Shown here: positions 26,437 through 36,126 of the stretch, piece by piece
Layout of the letters: every line of letters begins with the position of its first letter
How positions within the stretch are numbered: the first letter of the stretch is position 1
IMG/VR virus record: IMGVR_UViG_2902767014_000002
Span: 1,964 to 65,963 of that record
DNA length: 64,000 nucleotides
Source of the DNA: a virus
Lineage: Duplodnaviria > Caudoviricetes
Strand: one strand, 5' to 3'
Notes under the pieces: generated by a model
What the model was told of the DNA's origin: nothing
Database searches by the model: none
What the model saw: the letters and a program-made list of their open reading frames with translations, nothing else
Made by a program: the position numbers and the translations under genes

Positions 26437-26849
26437 GCGCCGCCCTCTACCGCGAATTCACATTGCGTAATGGCGGCGTCTGGAATGCCGTCGTCGCCTT
26501 CATCAAAGCCAACGCGCCGGTCTTTGCCGACAAGGGTGAGCCGTTGCGCCTGATCGTGACGGCTGAAGAGCGGCAGCGCAACGCCCAGCAGAACAAATTC
26601 TACTGGGGCGCCGTGCTCAAGCAGATCAGCGAAGCCGCATGGGTCGATGGGAAGCAGTACGACAAAGACACCTGGCACGAGTTCTTCGCGCGCCGTTTCG
26701 GGATTCTCGACGAACTCACCCTGCCCGATGGTGAGATTATCACACGCCGTAAGTCAACGACGCTGATGAGCGTGGGGGAGTTTTCGGCTTATCTGGATGC
26801 CGTGCAGAACTACGCCGGGGAAACATTGGGGGTGGAGTTCGATGCTTAA
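26433..26849 (+). CDS. NinB-family recombination protein
   Basis: R...QN..YW...L..I, W..HE.F, ST..MSV.EF..Y motifs. Confidence 0.8.
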   Translation: MSAALYREFTLRNGGVWNAVVAFIKANAPVFADKGEPLRLIVTAEERQRNAQQNKFYWGAVLKQISEAAWVDGKQYDKDTWHEFFARRFGILDELTLPDGEIITRRKSTTLMSVGEFSAYLDAVQNYAGETLGVEFDA

Positions 26850-27109
26850 AGGCGCCCTGATTTTCTTCTCGGCATGGACGCTGGCGTACATGACAGTCCA
26901 GGCCGAATGCACATACATGGGCTCATTCCTTGTTGGGACGCACGTCTTTGATTGCGAGGTGCGGAAATGGTAGGCGTCCTTATGACCATCAATATGGTGG
27001 CGCTGGTTATCTTCCTGTCGTGCCAGGGAATCGAAATTGGCAGCCCGCCCTATTGGATTGTGATGTTGCTCGTCACGGTTCACGGAGTGATATGTGCATG
27101 GAGTCGCAA

Positions 27110-27736
27110 GTGATCCGCACCTCCATCAAGCCGAAGGCCCTGAAGCCGCGCAAATGCCGCATGTGCTCAAACGTCTTTATTCCGTTTCGCAGTACGACCA
27201 CGGTTTGCTCGCCAAAGTGTGCCGAGGCTTGGTCCAACAAGCTCAAGGCACAGAAAGCCGCTCGGGCGAAGCGTGAGGAGCGGAAGTCACTCGCCGAACG
27301 CAAAGCCAAACTCAAGACGCGCCGAGAGTGGATTGCCGAGTGCCAGGCGATCGTTAATAAGGTGGCGCGGCTGCGGGATCAACTGGCTGACCGCGGCTGC
27401 ATTTCGTGCGGCTCCTACCCCACCGAGAGGTTCGGCGGTGGAATGGACGCCGGCCATTTTAGAAGCGTCGGAAGCGCTGCGCACATGCGTTTCTTCCTCC
27501 CCAATATTTCTGCGCAATGTAAGAAATGTAATCGAGACCTTGGGGGTTCGCATACGAACTATCGCAAGGGCCTGATAGAGCGCATCGGAATCAATCGCGT
27601 TGAGGAAATCGAGTCGATGCAGTGGACAGCCAAGTGGGATATCGATTACCTCAAGCGGCTTAAGAAGGTGATGAACAAAAAGGCTCGCCGGTTGGAGCGG
27701 CGGATTGAACAACGGAAAGAATTGGAGGCAGCATGA
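27110..27736 (+). CDS. NinG-family recombination endonuclease
   Basis: CxxC...CSPKC, RLRD...CISCG, DAGHFRSVG, QC..CN motifs. Confidence 0.85.
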   Translation: MIRTSIKPKALKPRKCRMCSNVFIPFRSTTTVCSPKCAEAWSNKLKAQKAARAKREERKSLAERKAKLKTRREWIAECQAIVNKVARLRDQLADRGCISCGSYPTERFGGGMDAGHFRSVGSAAHMRFFLPNISAQCKKCNRDLGGSHTNYRKGLIERIGINRVEEIESMQWTAKWDIDYLKRLKKVMNKKARRLERRIEQRKELEAA

Positions 27737-28245
27737 ATCTGAGAGAGTATTTGATGAGAAAGTACGGCCCGAAGAATAAGGCGCTCTCCACCATTGAAGC
27801 GCGCGCATTCGGGGTTCCCTACCCGCTACAGGCCGGATGGCTAGACGAGTACGGACATTTACCCCTTACCAAAGAGAGGGCGCGCCGCATCCTGGAGTCG
27901 TTCACATCGTCAACCAAGAGAGGTGGCACTCATTCTCACAAAGAGTCCGCGACCGCTGTACTGATGGCTGTAATTGACGGCGTGCCTGCATCGGACATGA
28001 GAAACCTTGTGCCGGCCGGCATGAAGTCGAATCTATATCCGAATAGTGACCCCGTGTTTGTAGCGATGATGTTGCTTGAAATGGCCGCTGGCGATTTGCA
28101 GCCCAGCGAAGATTCCAAGTCTCGCTGCATTTACGCGGCTCACTCGTACCTGCACTTGTTGAAATACGGTAGCCATTCATGGGACGAGGCAAAACAATTT
28201 GTCACGGAAGTTCTCATCGCTTCCCGTGCGAAGGAGGCCGCATGA
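27733..28245 (+). CDS. Hypothetical protein
   Basis: Overlap-coupled. Confidence 0.6.
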   Translation: MNLREYLMRKYGPKNKALSTIEARAFGVPYPLQAGWLDEYGHLPLTKERARRILESFTSSTKRGGTHSHKESATAVLMAVIDGVPASDMRNLVPAGMKSNLYPNSDPVFVAMMLLEMAAGDLQPSEDSKSRCIYAAHSYLHLLKYGSHSWDEAKQFVTEVLIASRAKEAA

Positions 28246-28610
28246 CCAACCCAACACGCTACGGCACAAGCTGCGCCCCTCGCGAGGATGGTGTATTCGT
28301 TCACTTTACGGAGTATGAGAAGGTGGTCCGCGAACTTGAGGAACTCCGCCTGAATGAGCGCTCCGATGCGCCGCGCCGGGCGGTTCAATTCACTCTCGAT
28401 CTTCAAGCCGACAGTATCGAGGCGTTGTCGTCTGCTCTATACAACCTCTCAAATCAGATCGCTGCACGCGATATGAGCCGCGTCTGCATCAGCGGAGGAT
28501 ATGACTCAGGCTACACATTCCGCCTCGAAGTCAGTGAAGGCCCGACGCATGATGAGTATGTGAAGCAACTGAATGCATGGATTGAAGCGCGCGACAAGGA
28601 GAAAGCATGA
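28242..28610 (+). CDS. Hypothetical protein
   Basis: ATGA overlap. Confidence 0.6.
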   Translation: MTNPTRYGTSCAPREDGVFVHFTEYEKVVRELEELRLNERSDAPRRAVQFTLDLQADSIEALSSALYNLSNQIAARDMSRVCISGGYDSGYTFRLEVSEGPTHDEYVKQLNAWIEARDKEKA

Positions 28611-28843
28611 TCAACCTCGGCGTTCTACTCGTCGGCTTCATTCTCGGAGTCTTCGCCCTCGGCCTACTCCTATTTCTCGTTGTGCTGCATAAGCCGCGGG
28701 TCTCGGCGCCTACGTTGCGGAGGAAGCGGGATAAGCCGGTGTTGGAACGTGATCTTCTCGTCGAGCTATTTGATGAGCTTAACCGGAAACGTCCGTCGTC
28801 AGAACCGATGTACATGTACGGTGTTACTGGAGAGGAACGATGA
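28607..28843 (+). CDS. Small membrane protein
   Basis: N-terminal TM segment. Confidence 0.55.
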   Translation: MINLGVLLVGFILGVFALGLLLFLVVLHKPRVSAPTLRRKRDKPVLERDLLVELFDELNRKRPSSEPMYMYGVTGEER

Positions 28844-29025
28844 AGCGCCTTCTGGTCACAAAAAAACTTTTCGGACTATTCCCGTATCGAGTCATGCGCC
28901 CTCTTCCGCATATCTACAAGAACCCGAAAGGTCTTTGGATCTGCGCAGCTGATGGCACGTCTACTGGGTTTGGATGGACTCCGGAGGAAGCATGGAATGA
29001 CTGGGCAAATTGGGCGCTTGTTTGA
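28840..29025 (+). CDS. Hypothetical protein
   Basis: ATGA overlap. Confidence 0.5.
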   Translation: MKRLLVTKKLFGLFPYRVMRPLPHIYKNPKGLWICAADGTSTGFGWTPEEAWNDWANWALV

Positions 29026-29144
29026 TCTCAAGGTACAGGGTTGACAGCTCACCCCAATTGGTACATGTAGTATTTTTACTGTAAAATAGCACTACTAATT
29101 GTGGTTCTGTGATAACGAATTTATTCAAGTGCGCGGGGTTCAAC

Positions 29145-29519
29145 ATGAGTGCTGCAAACTGGGTGGATCATGAGCTGCGTAACTGGGCGCGATGGGCGAA
29201 TTCCGGACCTTCCCCGCACCCGCGTCTGCCGGGTAGTTTCCTCGGCACCTGGGTTATATCGGAGCTTCACGTGGATAGCGCAGCAGACGATCGCCCCGCG
29301 CCGATCCACGAAGAAAACGCGATGCGGGTGCAGAGAGTGTTCGACGTCGCAATTCGAATTGAGCGGAAGGTTCTCCAGGCTGAATACTTGTCACCGTGGC
29401 AATACTCGCGGCACAGTGGCGGCGTTGCTGCTGCGGCCCGAAAACTGGAGCTGACGACGCCCGCTTACGAGACGATTCTCGCGAGCGTCAAGCGTCGCGT
29501 CGAGAGGGCCTTTCAATGA
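29145..29519 (+). CDS. Late antiterminator Q-like protein
   Basis: L.NWARW N-terminus and C-terminal HTH; position at the end of the early-right operon. Confidence 0.7.
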   Translation: MSAANWVDHELRNWARWANSGPSPHPRLPGSFLGTWVISELHVDSAADDRPAPIHEENAMRVQRVFDVAIRIERKVLQAEYLSPWQYSRHSGGVAAAARKLELTTPAYETILASVKRRVERAFQ

Positions 29520-29794
29520 AGTATGCCGCGGAGACCATGAGCCTCCTCGCCTCCTACCCGGGCAGACAGTTCCGTATGCGCCAGATCGTATATTCGATCG
29601 TAGGGCGAAAAGCCGACGAGCGCGAGAAGAAGCAGGTCCGCATGGGTGTGTGGCGTGTACTCAAAATGCTTGAGGAATCCGGGCATATCGTGGTTGAAGC
29701 GCAGGAGGGTCGAGGCGCATCAGCACTATATGCCTGGAAGGCTTCAGAGCCCGAGGCAAAAGTGTTACACGAAGAACTTGCGAACTACTACTGA
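29516..29794 (+). CDS. Winged-HTH hypothetical protein
   Basis: ATGA overlap. Confidence 0.6.
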   Translation: MKYAAETMSLLASYPGRQFRMRQIVYSIVGRKADEREKKQVRMGVWRVLKMLEESGHIVVEAQEGRGASALYAWKASEPEAKVLHEELANYY

Positions 29795-29844
29795 AGGTAT
29801 AACATTCACCCAAGCCAAGTTGCGTCCACGCGCAACGCACACAC

Positions 29845-29869
29845 AAGCCACCCTTTTCGGTGGCTTTTT
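29845..29869 (+). terminator. tR'-like terminator
   Basis: AAGCCACC/GGTGGCTT stem followed by a T run. Confidence 0.8.
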
Positions 29870-30754
29870 CATTTCTGGTTTCAATGCGCTCGACCGCTCT
29901 TCCCTCGCATCAGTACGGCGATCCCTGTCGTGTACTTGAAGAGAAGCAAGCCCGAGAAGCCAATGAACAGAAGCGCGCCGAAAAGCGCCGCACGCTGACT
30001 GTCCGCAAGGAGTGGTCGGAAGCGCGCAAGGCTGCCGAAGCCCTTTTCACCCTGCCGCAGCCCATTCGAGAGCTGTAACCCGCCCGCAGACGCGCAACGT
30101 GTCTCTTGCCGGTTCGCCGGCCAGAATTTGAGCAAGCAATGAACATTCAGGAACTGATCGACAGTCTGGAGCGTGACATCGAGCGCATGCGCGCTATTGA
30201 TCCGGCGCTCAGGGCTTCGATGATCGCGCGGTTGGACCAACTTCGGGCGCTCACAAAGTGAACGAGATCCTGGAAGTTCTAGCGTTTGGTCCGCTACTCG
30301 CGCTCAACTGGCATTTGGCTTGCGCGAAAGTATTGACCACCTGGTGCGACATGCTTCTGGGTGAATGATCCCCTGCTTCCGCCGCCAATGCAGGTCGGCT
30401 GCACAGAGTTAGACGGGCGACGGAAGCGCCTATTTGTATCTCAAGGGTGTCACGAGTCAGATTAATCGCTGAGCTTGTGGCCCGAGAGCATCCTGATTCA
30501 ATCGCTGAGACTGCCCTAACGGGTCAAACGCACCACTAAAGGTGGACGGGTTGCAGCGATTCAATGAGGGTGAAAAGCGGATAGCGTCGCCCGGGTCGGA
30601 TTGAGTTTCGGCAAGGCGCCCCCCCTCAACGAGCAGGCCGGTTCGATCCCGGCTCGCTGGCCGAGATCTGGTGAAGGACACGGTTCGAATCCGTGACGGG
30701 CATGTGACAGAGATTCATTGCCTAAGACAGTGCTCCAGTGGGTGTGGAGAGGCC

Positions 30755-30775
30755 TGACGGCTCGGAAAGACGAGC
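30755..30775 (+). promoter_or_regulatory. TGACGGCTCG-GAAAGA-CGAGC hairpin (copy 3)
   Basis: Same motif with compensatory stem changes. Confidence 0.5.
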
Positions 30776-30933
30776 ACTTTCACGCATGGCGGCTCCGCGT
30801 ATGCCAGTACGCGTCGCTGGCGCGAGCCCACCTTACAGGGTTGAGCAGCCAGTCGTGAAGGTGAATGTCGTTGGCCGCGCGCGTCGATAGACGGGTAAGC
30901 GCCCATGCGGGCCGACGACTAGTAGCTTTCTTC

Positions 30934-31010
30934 GCTCTCATAGCTCAGCAGGCAGAGCAGCGCTTTTGTAAAGCGCAGGTCGCAGGTTCGAATCCGTGCT
31001 GAGGGCACCA
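30934..31010 (+). tRNA. tRNA-Thr(TGT)
   Basis: GCTCTCA/TGAGGGC acceptor, GCGCT-TTTGTAA-AGCGC anticodon arm, encoded CCA; one bulged base in the T stem. Confidence 0.85.
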
Positions 31011-31085
31011 GTTTTCTCCTCGCCAACTCCCCCTGTTGGTCTGCTCTCCCGAAAGGTTGAGGGCTTTTCTATTGATGGTGCGCCG

Positions 31086-31298
31086 ATGGCATCGCGAAAG
31101 AAATCCGAAGCTGTCGATCGCACAGAGATTTGCAAGGAATGCAGGTTCGCGCATTTCGACCGTGCCGAAGGTCTCCGCTGCCGCCGCTATCCTCCGGTCT
31201 ACGTCTATGACGTGTCGACTGGAATTACGGGCGTCGCGTGGCCTGAGGTTGACAGCGATCATTACTGTGGCGAGTTTAAAGCCACACTCGCCTCATAA
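31086..31298 (+). CDS. Small Cys-rich protein (CxxC...CRRYPP...CGEF)
   Basis: Common phage motif. Confidence 0.7.
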   Translation: MASRKKSEAVDRTEICKECRFAHFDRAEGLRCRRYPPVYVYDVSTGITGVAWPEVDSDHYCGEFKATLAS

Positions 31299-31368
31299 AA
31301 GTGGCGCAATCAGCCAATTCAGACCGAAAGCGCCTCATATAGGCGGCGCAAATAGATAAGGGGAAGCC

Positions 31369-32556
31369 GTGGCCACTACGCGACAGTACGACGAACGATT
31401 AAAAGAGTTTGCCGGCGCGCGCGAGGCCGAATTGCTTAAGGCAGTCATTGAGCACGGCTCGCCGAGTGCGGCCGGCAAAGCGTTGGGACTGCATCACAGC
31501 TCGATTATTCGGACGCTGGATAGTCTTGAGCTGCGGGCGGCGAAGATGGGATTCAGCCCGCGCCACGATATGACTAAGACCGTCCCTGACGGCTTTGTGG
31601 TCAAAGGCGTGTCGACCTACTACGACGACGAGGGAAAGCCTCGCGGGCAGTGGGTGAAGTCGGCCGTGAATGCTGAGCGCCAGGCGGAGATATTCCGTGA
31701 AGCGTGCGCCGCGATGGCTGAGACGCTGCCGCGCGTTAAGCCTGCGCCGCTTCCAGCGGGCACAAGCGACGCGCTGTGCAATTTGTACACTTTCACGGAC
31801 TACCATTTGGGCATGCTGGCCTGGGGCAAGGAGACCGGAGCGGACTGGGACCTAAAGATCGCTGAACGCACGCTGGTTTCCGCATTCGCGCACATGATCG
31901 ATGCCGCTCCGAAGGCGAGCACCGCATTCATTGCCCAGCTCGGCGATTTCCTGCATAGCGATGGCAGTGGCGGCATGTTGCCGGTGACGCCTCTTCACTC
32001 GAACATTCTTGACCAGGACGGGCGATATTCGAAAATCGTCGGCGTGGCCATCCGGGTGTTGCGCAGGATCGTTGACTTCGCGCTGGAGCGGCACCAGAAG
32101 GTTGTCGTGCTGATGGCTGAAGGCAATCACGACTTGTCGTCGTCGGTTTGGCTTCGTGCCATGTTCCGCGCGCTGTATGAAAACGAGCCCCGTGTGACAG
32201 TGATCGATTCGGAGTCGCCCTATTACGCATGGCAGCACGGCACGAACATGCTCGGCTTCCACCATGGGCACCTGACGCGCAAAGAAAGCATGCCGCTTCT
32301 GTTTGCGTCGAAGTTCCCGGCCATGTGGGGCGCTACGACCAAGCGTGTGATTCACACCGGCCACCAGCACCACAAAGACGAGAAAGAGCATAACGGCGTG
32401 ACGGTCGTGCAGCATCGCACTCTTGCGGCAAACGACGCCCACTCCGCGCGGCACGGCTACGTCTCCGAGCGATCGGCTCAGGCGATCACGTATCACGCCC
32501 AGTATGGCGAAGTGGCACGCAACACGGTGGTACCGGAGATGTTCGAGGCAGCGTAA
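31369..32556 (+). CDS. HTH plus calcineurin-like metallophosphoesterase
   Basis: TDYHLG, LGDFLH, GNHD, HHGH, TGHQHH. Confidence 0.8.
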   Translation: MATTRQYDERLKEFAGAREAELLKAVIEHGSPSAAGKALGLHHSSIIRTLDSLELRAAKMGFSPRHDMTKTVPDGFVVKGVSTYYDDEGKPRGQWVKSAVNAERQAEIFREACAAMAETLPRVKPAPLPAGTSDALCNLYTFTDYHLGMLAWGKETGADWDLKIAERTLVSAFAHMIDAAPKASTAFIAQLGDFLHSDGSGGMLPVTPLHSNILDQDGRYSKIVGVAIRVLRRIVDFALERHQKVVVLMAEGNHDLSSSVWLRAMFRALYENEPRVTVIDSESPYYAWQHGTNMLGFHHGHLTRKESMPLLFASKFPAMWGATTKRVIHTGHQHHKDEKEHNGVTVVQHRTLAANDAHSARHGYVSERSAQAITYHAQYGEVARNTVVPEMFEAA

Positions 32557-32565
32557 GAGAACACC

Positions 32566-33096
32566 ATGGGACGCAAGTCAAAACTCACCGAAGAACAGTG
32601 GGCACGTATCAAGGAGCGCCTGCTGGAAGGTGAATCGGGGCGCGCCCTCGCTGAAGAGTTCGGCGTCTCCGAGACGGCGATCAGAAAGAAAGTAAGTTCG
32701 CAGGTTTCGGAAATAAAAAGCGTTGCAAATCAAATAGCTACTGCGCAGACCGCACTTTCGAAACTGCCGATTAGTTCGCAGATAAGTGCGCAAAGTTTGG
32801 CTCAGCGGCTGATGTCGATCAGCAGTCACCTGGCCAGTGCAGCCGACTACGGCGCAGCCACGGCCCACCGTCTTGCCGGCATCGCTCACATGAAGGTTGC
32901 CGAGATTGACGACAGCGCGCCCCTCACTGAGGAGAGCGTGCAAACCCTCAAGGGCGTGGCGGTCCTTTCCCGTATGGCGAACGAAGCGAGCGAGATCGGC
33001 GTGAACCTCCTGAAGGCGAACAAAGACAAGGCGCTCGACGAGCCAGAAAAGCCGACAATGACGCTCGATGACTTCTATGGGGGCTCCAAGCCTTAA
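32566..33096 (+). CDS. Terminase small subunit
   Basis: N-terminal HTH; directly upstream of the large subunit. Confidence 0.75.
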   Translation: MGRKSKLTEEQWARIKERLLEGESGRALAEEFGVSETAIRKKVSSQVSEIKSVANQIATAQTALSKLPISSQISAQSLAQRLMSISSHLASAADYGAATAHRLAGIAHMKVAEIDDSAPLTEESVQTLKGVAVLSRMANEASEIGVNLLKANKDKALDEPEKPTMTLDDFYGGSKP

Positions 33097-34450
33097 CCCT
33101 GTCCTCCGTGACTTCTGGATGACGCCGGCACGCAATCGCGTGCTCTATGGCGGCCGGTCGAGCTCCAAGTCATGGGATGCGGCAGGCTTCGCGATCTTCC
33201 TCGCGCAGCAGATGAAACTGAAGTTTCTCTGCACACGCCAGTTCCAGAACAGGATCGAGGATTCGGTCTATAGCCTGTTGAAGATCCAGATCGAGCGGTT
33301 CGGGCTGCGTTCGAAGTTCCGCATCCTCGACAACAAGATCATCTGCACGGCGACGGGCAGCGAGTTTGTCTTCTACGGATTGTGGCGCCAGATCGACGAA
33401 GTGAAGTCGATCGAAAGCATCGACATCCACTGGTCGGAGGAAGCCCATCTGCTGACCGAGGCGCAATGGAAGGTTCTCGAGCCGACCATCCGCAAGCAGG
33501 GTTCGCAGCACTGGTTGATCTTCAATCCGCGTCTCGCAACGGACTTTGTCTACAAGCGGTTCGTGCTGAATCCGCCGCCCCGGACGGTCAAGCGGTTGAT
33601 CAACTACGACGAGAATCCGTTCCTGTCAGACACGATGCGGCAGGTGATCGAGGCCGCAAAAGAAGAGGACGAAGACGAGTTCGCGCATATCTACCTTGGC
33701 CAGCCCAAGGATGACGACGACGACGCGATCATCAAGCGCTCGTGGATCATGGCTGCGGTGGATGCGCATAAGACGCTTGGCTTCGAGCCGTCCGGCAGCA
33801 AGCGGATTGGATTCGACGTCGCCGACAGCGGCAACGACAAATGCGCCAACGTCTTCGCGCATGGCTCCGTGGTTCTGTGGGCTGACGAGTGGAAGGCTGG
33901 CGAAGACGAGTTGCTGAAATCGTGCAGCCGCACTTACGCAGCCGCCAAAGAGCGTGACGCCCAGATTCATTACGACTCGATTGGTGTCGGCGCATCTGCC
34001 GGCGCGAAGTTCAAGGAAGTCAACGAGTCATCGACTGATCGCTTTCCCGTCCGATACGAGAAGTTCAACGCGGGCGGCGCCGTGTGGGAGCCAGAGCGCG
34101 AATATCAGCCGAAGGTCAAGAATAAGGACATGTTCTCGAACATCAAGGCGCAAGCGTGGTGGATGCTGGCCGATCGATTCCGCAATACCTTCAATGCCGT
34201 CCGTCGCGGCGAGAAATTCCCCGATGACCAGCTAATCAGCATCTCTGCTGAATGCCCTCATCTCGAACGCCTGATCGATGAACTATCGACGCCTAAGCGC
34301 GATTACGACCAGAACGGGCGCGTGAAGGTGGAAAGCAAGAAAGACCTCGCCAAGCGTGAGGTAGCGTCGCCTAACCTCGCAGATGCATTTGTTATGTGCT
34401 ACGCGCCAGGCGGAAATAATCTCGACATTTGGGCGCGGCTGGCGGGATAA
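33068..34450 (+). CDS. terL: Terminase large subunit (PBSX-like)
   Basis: YGGRSSSKS Walker A, WSEEAH Walker B, GFDVADSG.D nuclease. Confidence 0.95.
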   Translation: MTSMGAPSLNPVLRDFWMTPARNRVLYGGRSSSKSWDAAGFAIFLAQQMKLKFLCTRQFQNRIEDSVYSLLKIQIERFGLRSKFRILDNKIICTATGSEFVFYGLWRQIDEVKSIESIDIHWSEEAHLLTEAQWKVLEPTIRKQGSQHWLIFNPRLATDFVYKRFVLNPPPRTVKRLINYDENPFLSDTMRQVIEAAKEEDEDEFAHIYLGQPKDDDDDAIIKRSWIMAAVDAHKTLGFEPSGSKRIGFDVADSGNDKCANVFAHGSVVLWADEWKAGEDELLKSCSRTYAAAKERDAQIHYDSIGVGASAGAKFKEVNESSTDRFPVRYEKFNAGGAVWEPEREYQPKVKNKDMFSNIKAQAWWMLADRFRNTFNAVRRGEKFPDDQLISISAECPHLERLIDELSTPKRDYDQNGRVKVESKKDLAKREVASPNLADAFVMCYAPGGNNLDIWARLAG

Positions 34451-34495
34451 AACCGCTCAAAGGCCTCGTGCCGCAAAAAAGGAAATTCCTCTAGC

Positions 34496-35941
34496 ATGGC
34501 AAAGTCACGTCGAACCCAGCAGGCAGGCGTGACAGTAGCGCGTACCAACGATTCTTTTGTCAATGCCACCGCAAACCTGGGGTGGGGAACAAACAATCAG
34601 TCATCGGCCTCGCAGTATGCGCTGTCGTATCAAAGCCGGAACCGCATCAACCTTGAGGCCGCTTATCGTGGCTCGTGGGTGGTGCGCGCGGCTGTTGACG
34701 CGATGCCGGAAGACATGACCCGGTGCGGTATTGAAATGTCCGGGCTTGAGCCTGAAGACATTTCGCTGATCGAGCGGGACATGATGCGTCTCGCGATCTG
34801 GGACGCGCTGTGTGACGACGGCAAGTGGGCGAACCTGTACGGTGGATGCCTGGCCGTCATGCTGATCGATGGGCAGGATTTCGCTACTCCGCTGCGTGTC
34901 GAGTCGATCGGTAAGGACCAGTTCAAAGGGCTTCTGATTCTTGATCGTTGGATGGTGTCACCGCCCGTTGGTGAAGTGGTGAAAGAATTCGGCCCCGACA
35001 TGGGCAAGCCGGTCTATTACAACGTCATCGCCGACTACGCCGCGATCCCGAAGGCCAAGATTCACTACTCGCGCGTGATTCGTCTGGATGGAATGGATTT
35101 GCCGTTCTACCAGCGCGTCTCTGAGAACGGCTGGGGATTGTCGGTGCTTGAGCCGATGTGGGATCGCCTAATTGCATTCGACAGTGCATCTGTCGGTGCT
35201 GGCCAGTTGATCTACAAAGCCCACCTTCGCACCATGACGATCGAAGGGCTGCGCGACATTATTGCAATGGGCGGCCCTGCCCTTGCCGGCCTGAAGGCTC
35301 AGATGGAATTTACGAGGTTTGCGCAGACGAACGAAGGTATGACGCTGGTCGATGCCAAAGATAAGTTTGAGGCGCATACGTACGCGTTTTCCGGCCTATC
35401 CGACATGCTCACGCAGTTCGCACAACAGCTTTGCGGCGCGCTCAGCATGCCATTCACTCGCCTGTTTGGGCAGTCTCCCACCGGTCTTAACGCGACCGGC
35501 GAAGGGGAAATGAAGCAATGGCATGAGAAGGTCAAGCAGAACCAGGAGCGGCGACTACGCAATCCGCTGCATCGCTTGCTGTCCGTGATGTCGATGTCCA
35601 CGCTCGGTAAGCCCCTGCCCGACGACTTCTCATTCGAGTTCCGCAATCTTCAGGAAATGTCGGAGAAGGAAAAGTCGGAAATCGCGAAATCGACCGTCGA
35701 CGCCGTCACGGCGGCAGTCGATGCGAACCTGTTGACGGTGAGCGGCGGCATGAAGGAGCTGAAAGCGTCGGCCCCGGTGACCGGCATGTTCGGGAACATA
35801 TCTGACGACGACATCGCCGAAGCCGAAGAGCAGGAAAAGAATGCTCCGCCACCCGGCGAGATGGACTTGCCTGATGTTTCAAAGCTGACCGGTGATTCTG
35901 GCAGCGCGTTGGACTGGCTTAAGCGGTTTCGGAGGAAGTGA
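34496..35941 (+). CDS. Portal protein (DUF1073 family)
   Basis: Position; LFGQSPTGLNATGE motif. Confidence 0.9.
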   Translation: MAKSRRTQQAGVTVARTNDSFVNATANLGWGTNNQSSASQYALSYQSRNRINLEAAYRGSWVVRAAVDAMPEDMTRCGIEMSGLEPEDISLIERDMMRLAIWDALCDDGKWANLYGGCLAVMLIDGQDFATPLRVESIGKDQFKGLLILDRWMVSPPVGEVVKEFGPDMGKPVYYNVIADYAAIPKAKIHYSRVIRLDGMDLPFYQRVSENGWGLSVLEPMWDRLIAFDSASVGAGQLIYKAHLRTMTIEGLRDIIAMGGPALAGLKAQMEFTRFAQTNEGMTLVDAKDKFEAHTYAFSGLSDMLTQFAQQLCGALSMPFTRLFGQSPTGLNATGEGEMKQWHEKVKQNQERRLRNPLHRLLSVMSMSTLGKPLPDDFSFEFRNLQEMSEKEKSEIAKSTVDAVTAAVDANLLTVSGGMKELKASAPVTGMFGNISDDDIAEAEEQEKNAPPPGEMDLPDVSKLTGDSGSALDWLKRFRRK

Positions 35942-36126
35942 TGGGACATCGGTGTATCAACTATCCGCGGCCTCCGACTCGTCCCGTCAATCCATTCGTC
36001 CAGTATGCGGGTGACTTCGAAGAGGCTGCCGCTCGAATGCGCCGCGCGATGAACAAGGACCAGGCAATTGATTGTTTACGTTCCATTCGCCACTTTCTTC
36101 AGATAGCCGAAGAAGCGATTAAATGA
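35938..36126 (+). CDS. Hypothetical protein
   Basis: Overlap-coupled between portal and Mu-F-like genes. Confidence 0.5.
   Translation: MMGHRCINYPRPPTRPVNPFVQYAGDFEEAAARMRRAMNKDQAIDCLRSIRHFLQIAEEAIK

Noticed and set aside
29778-29803. pR' promoter TTGCGA...TATAAC
   Set aside because: The spacer is only 14 bp, so I cannot support this exact promoter.
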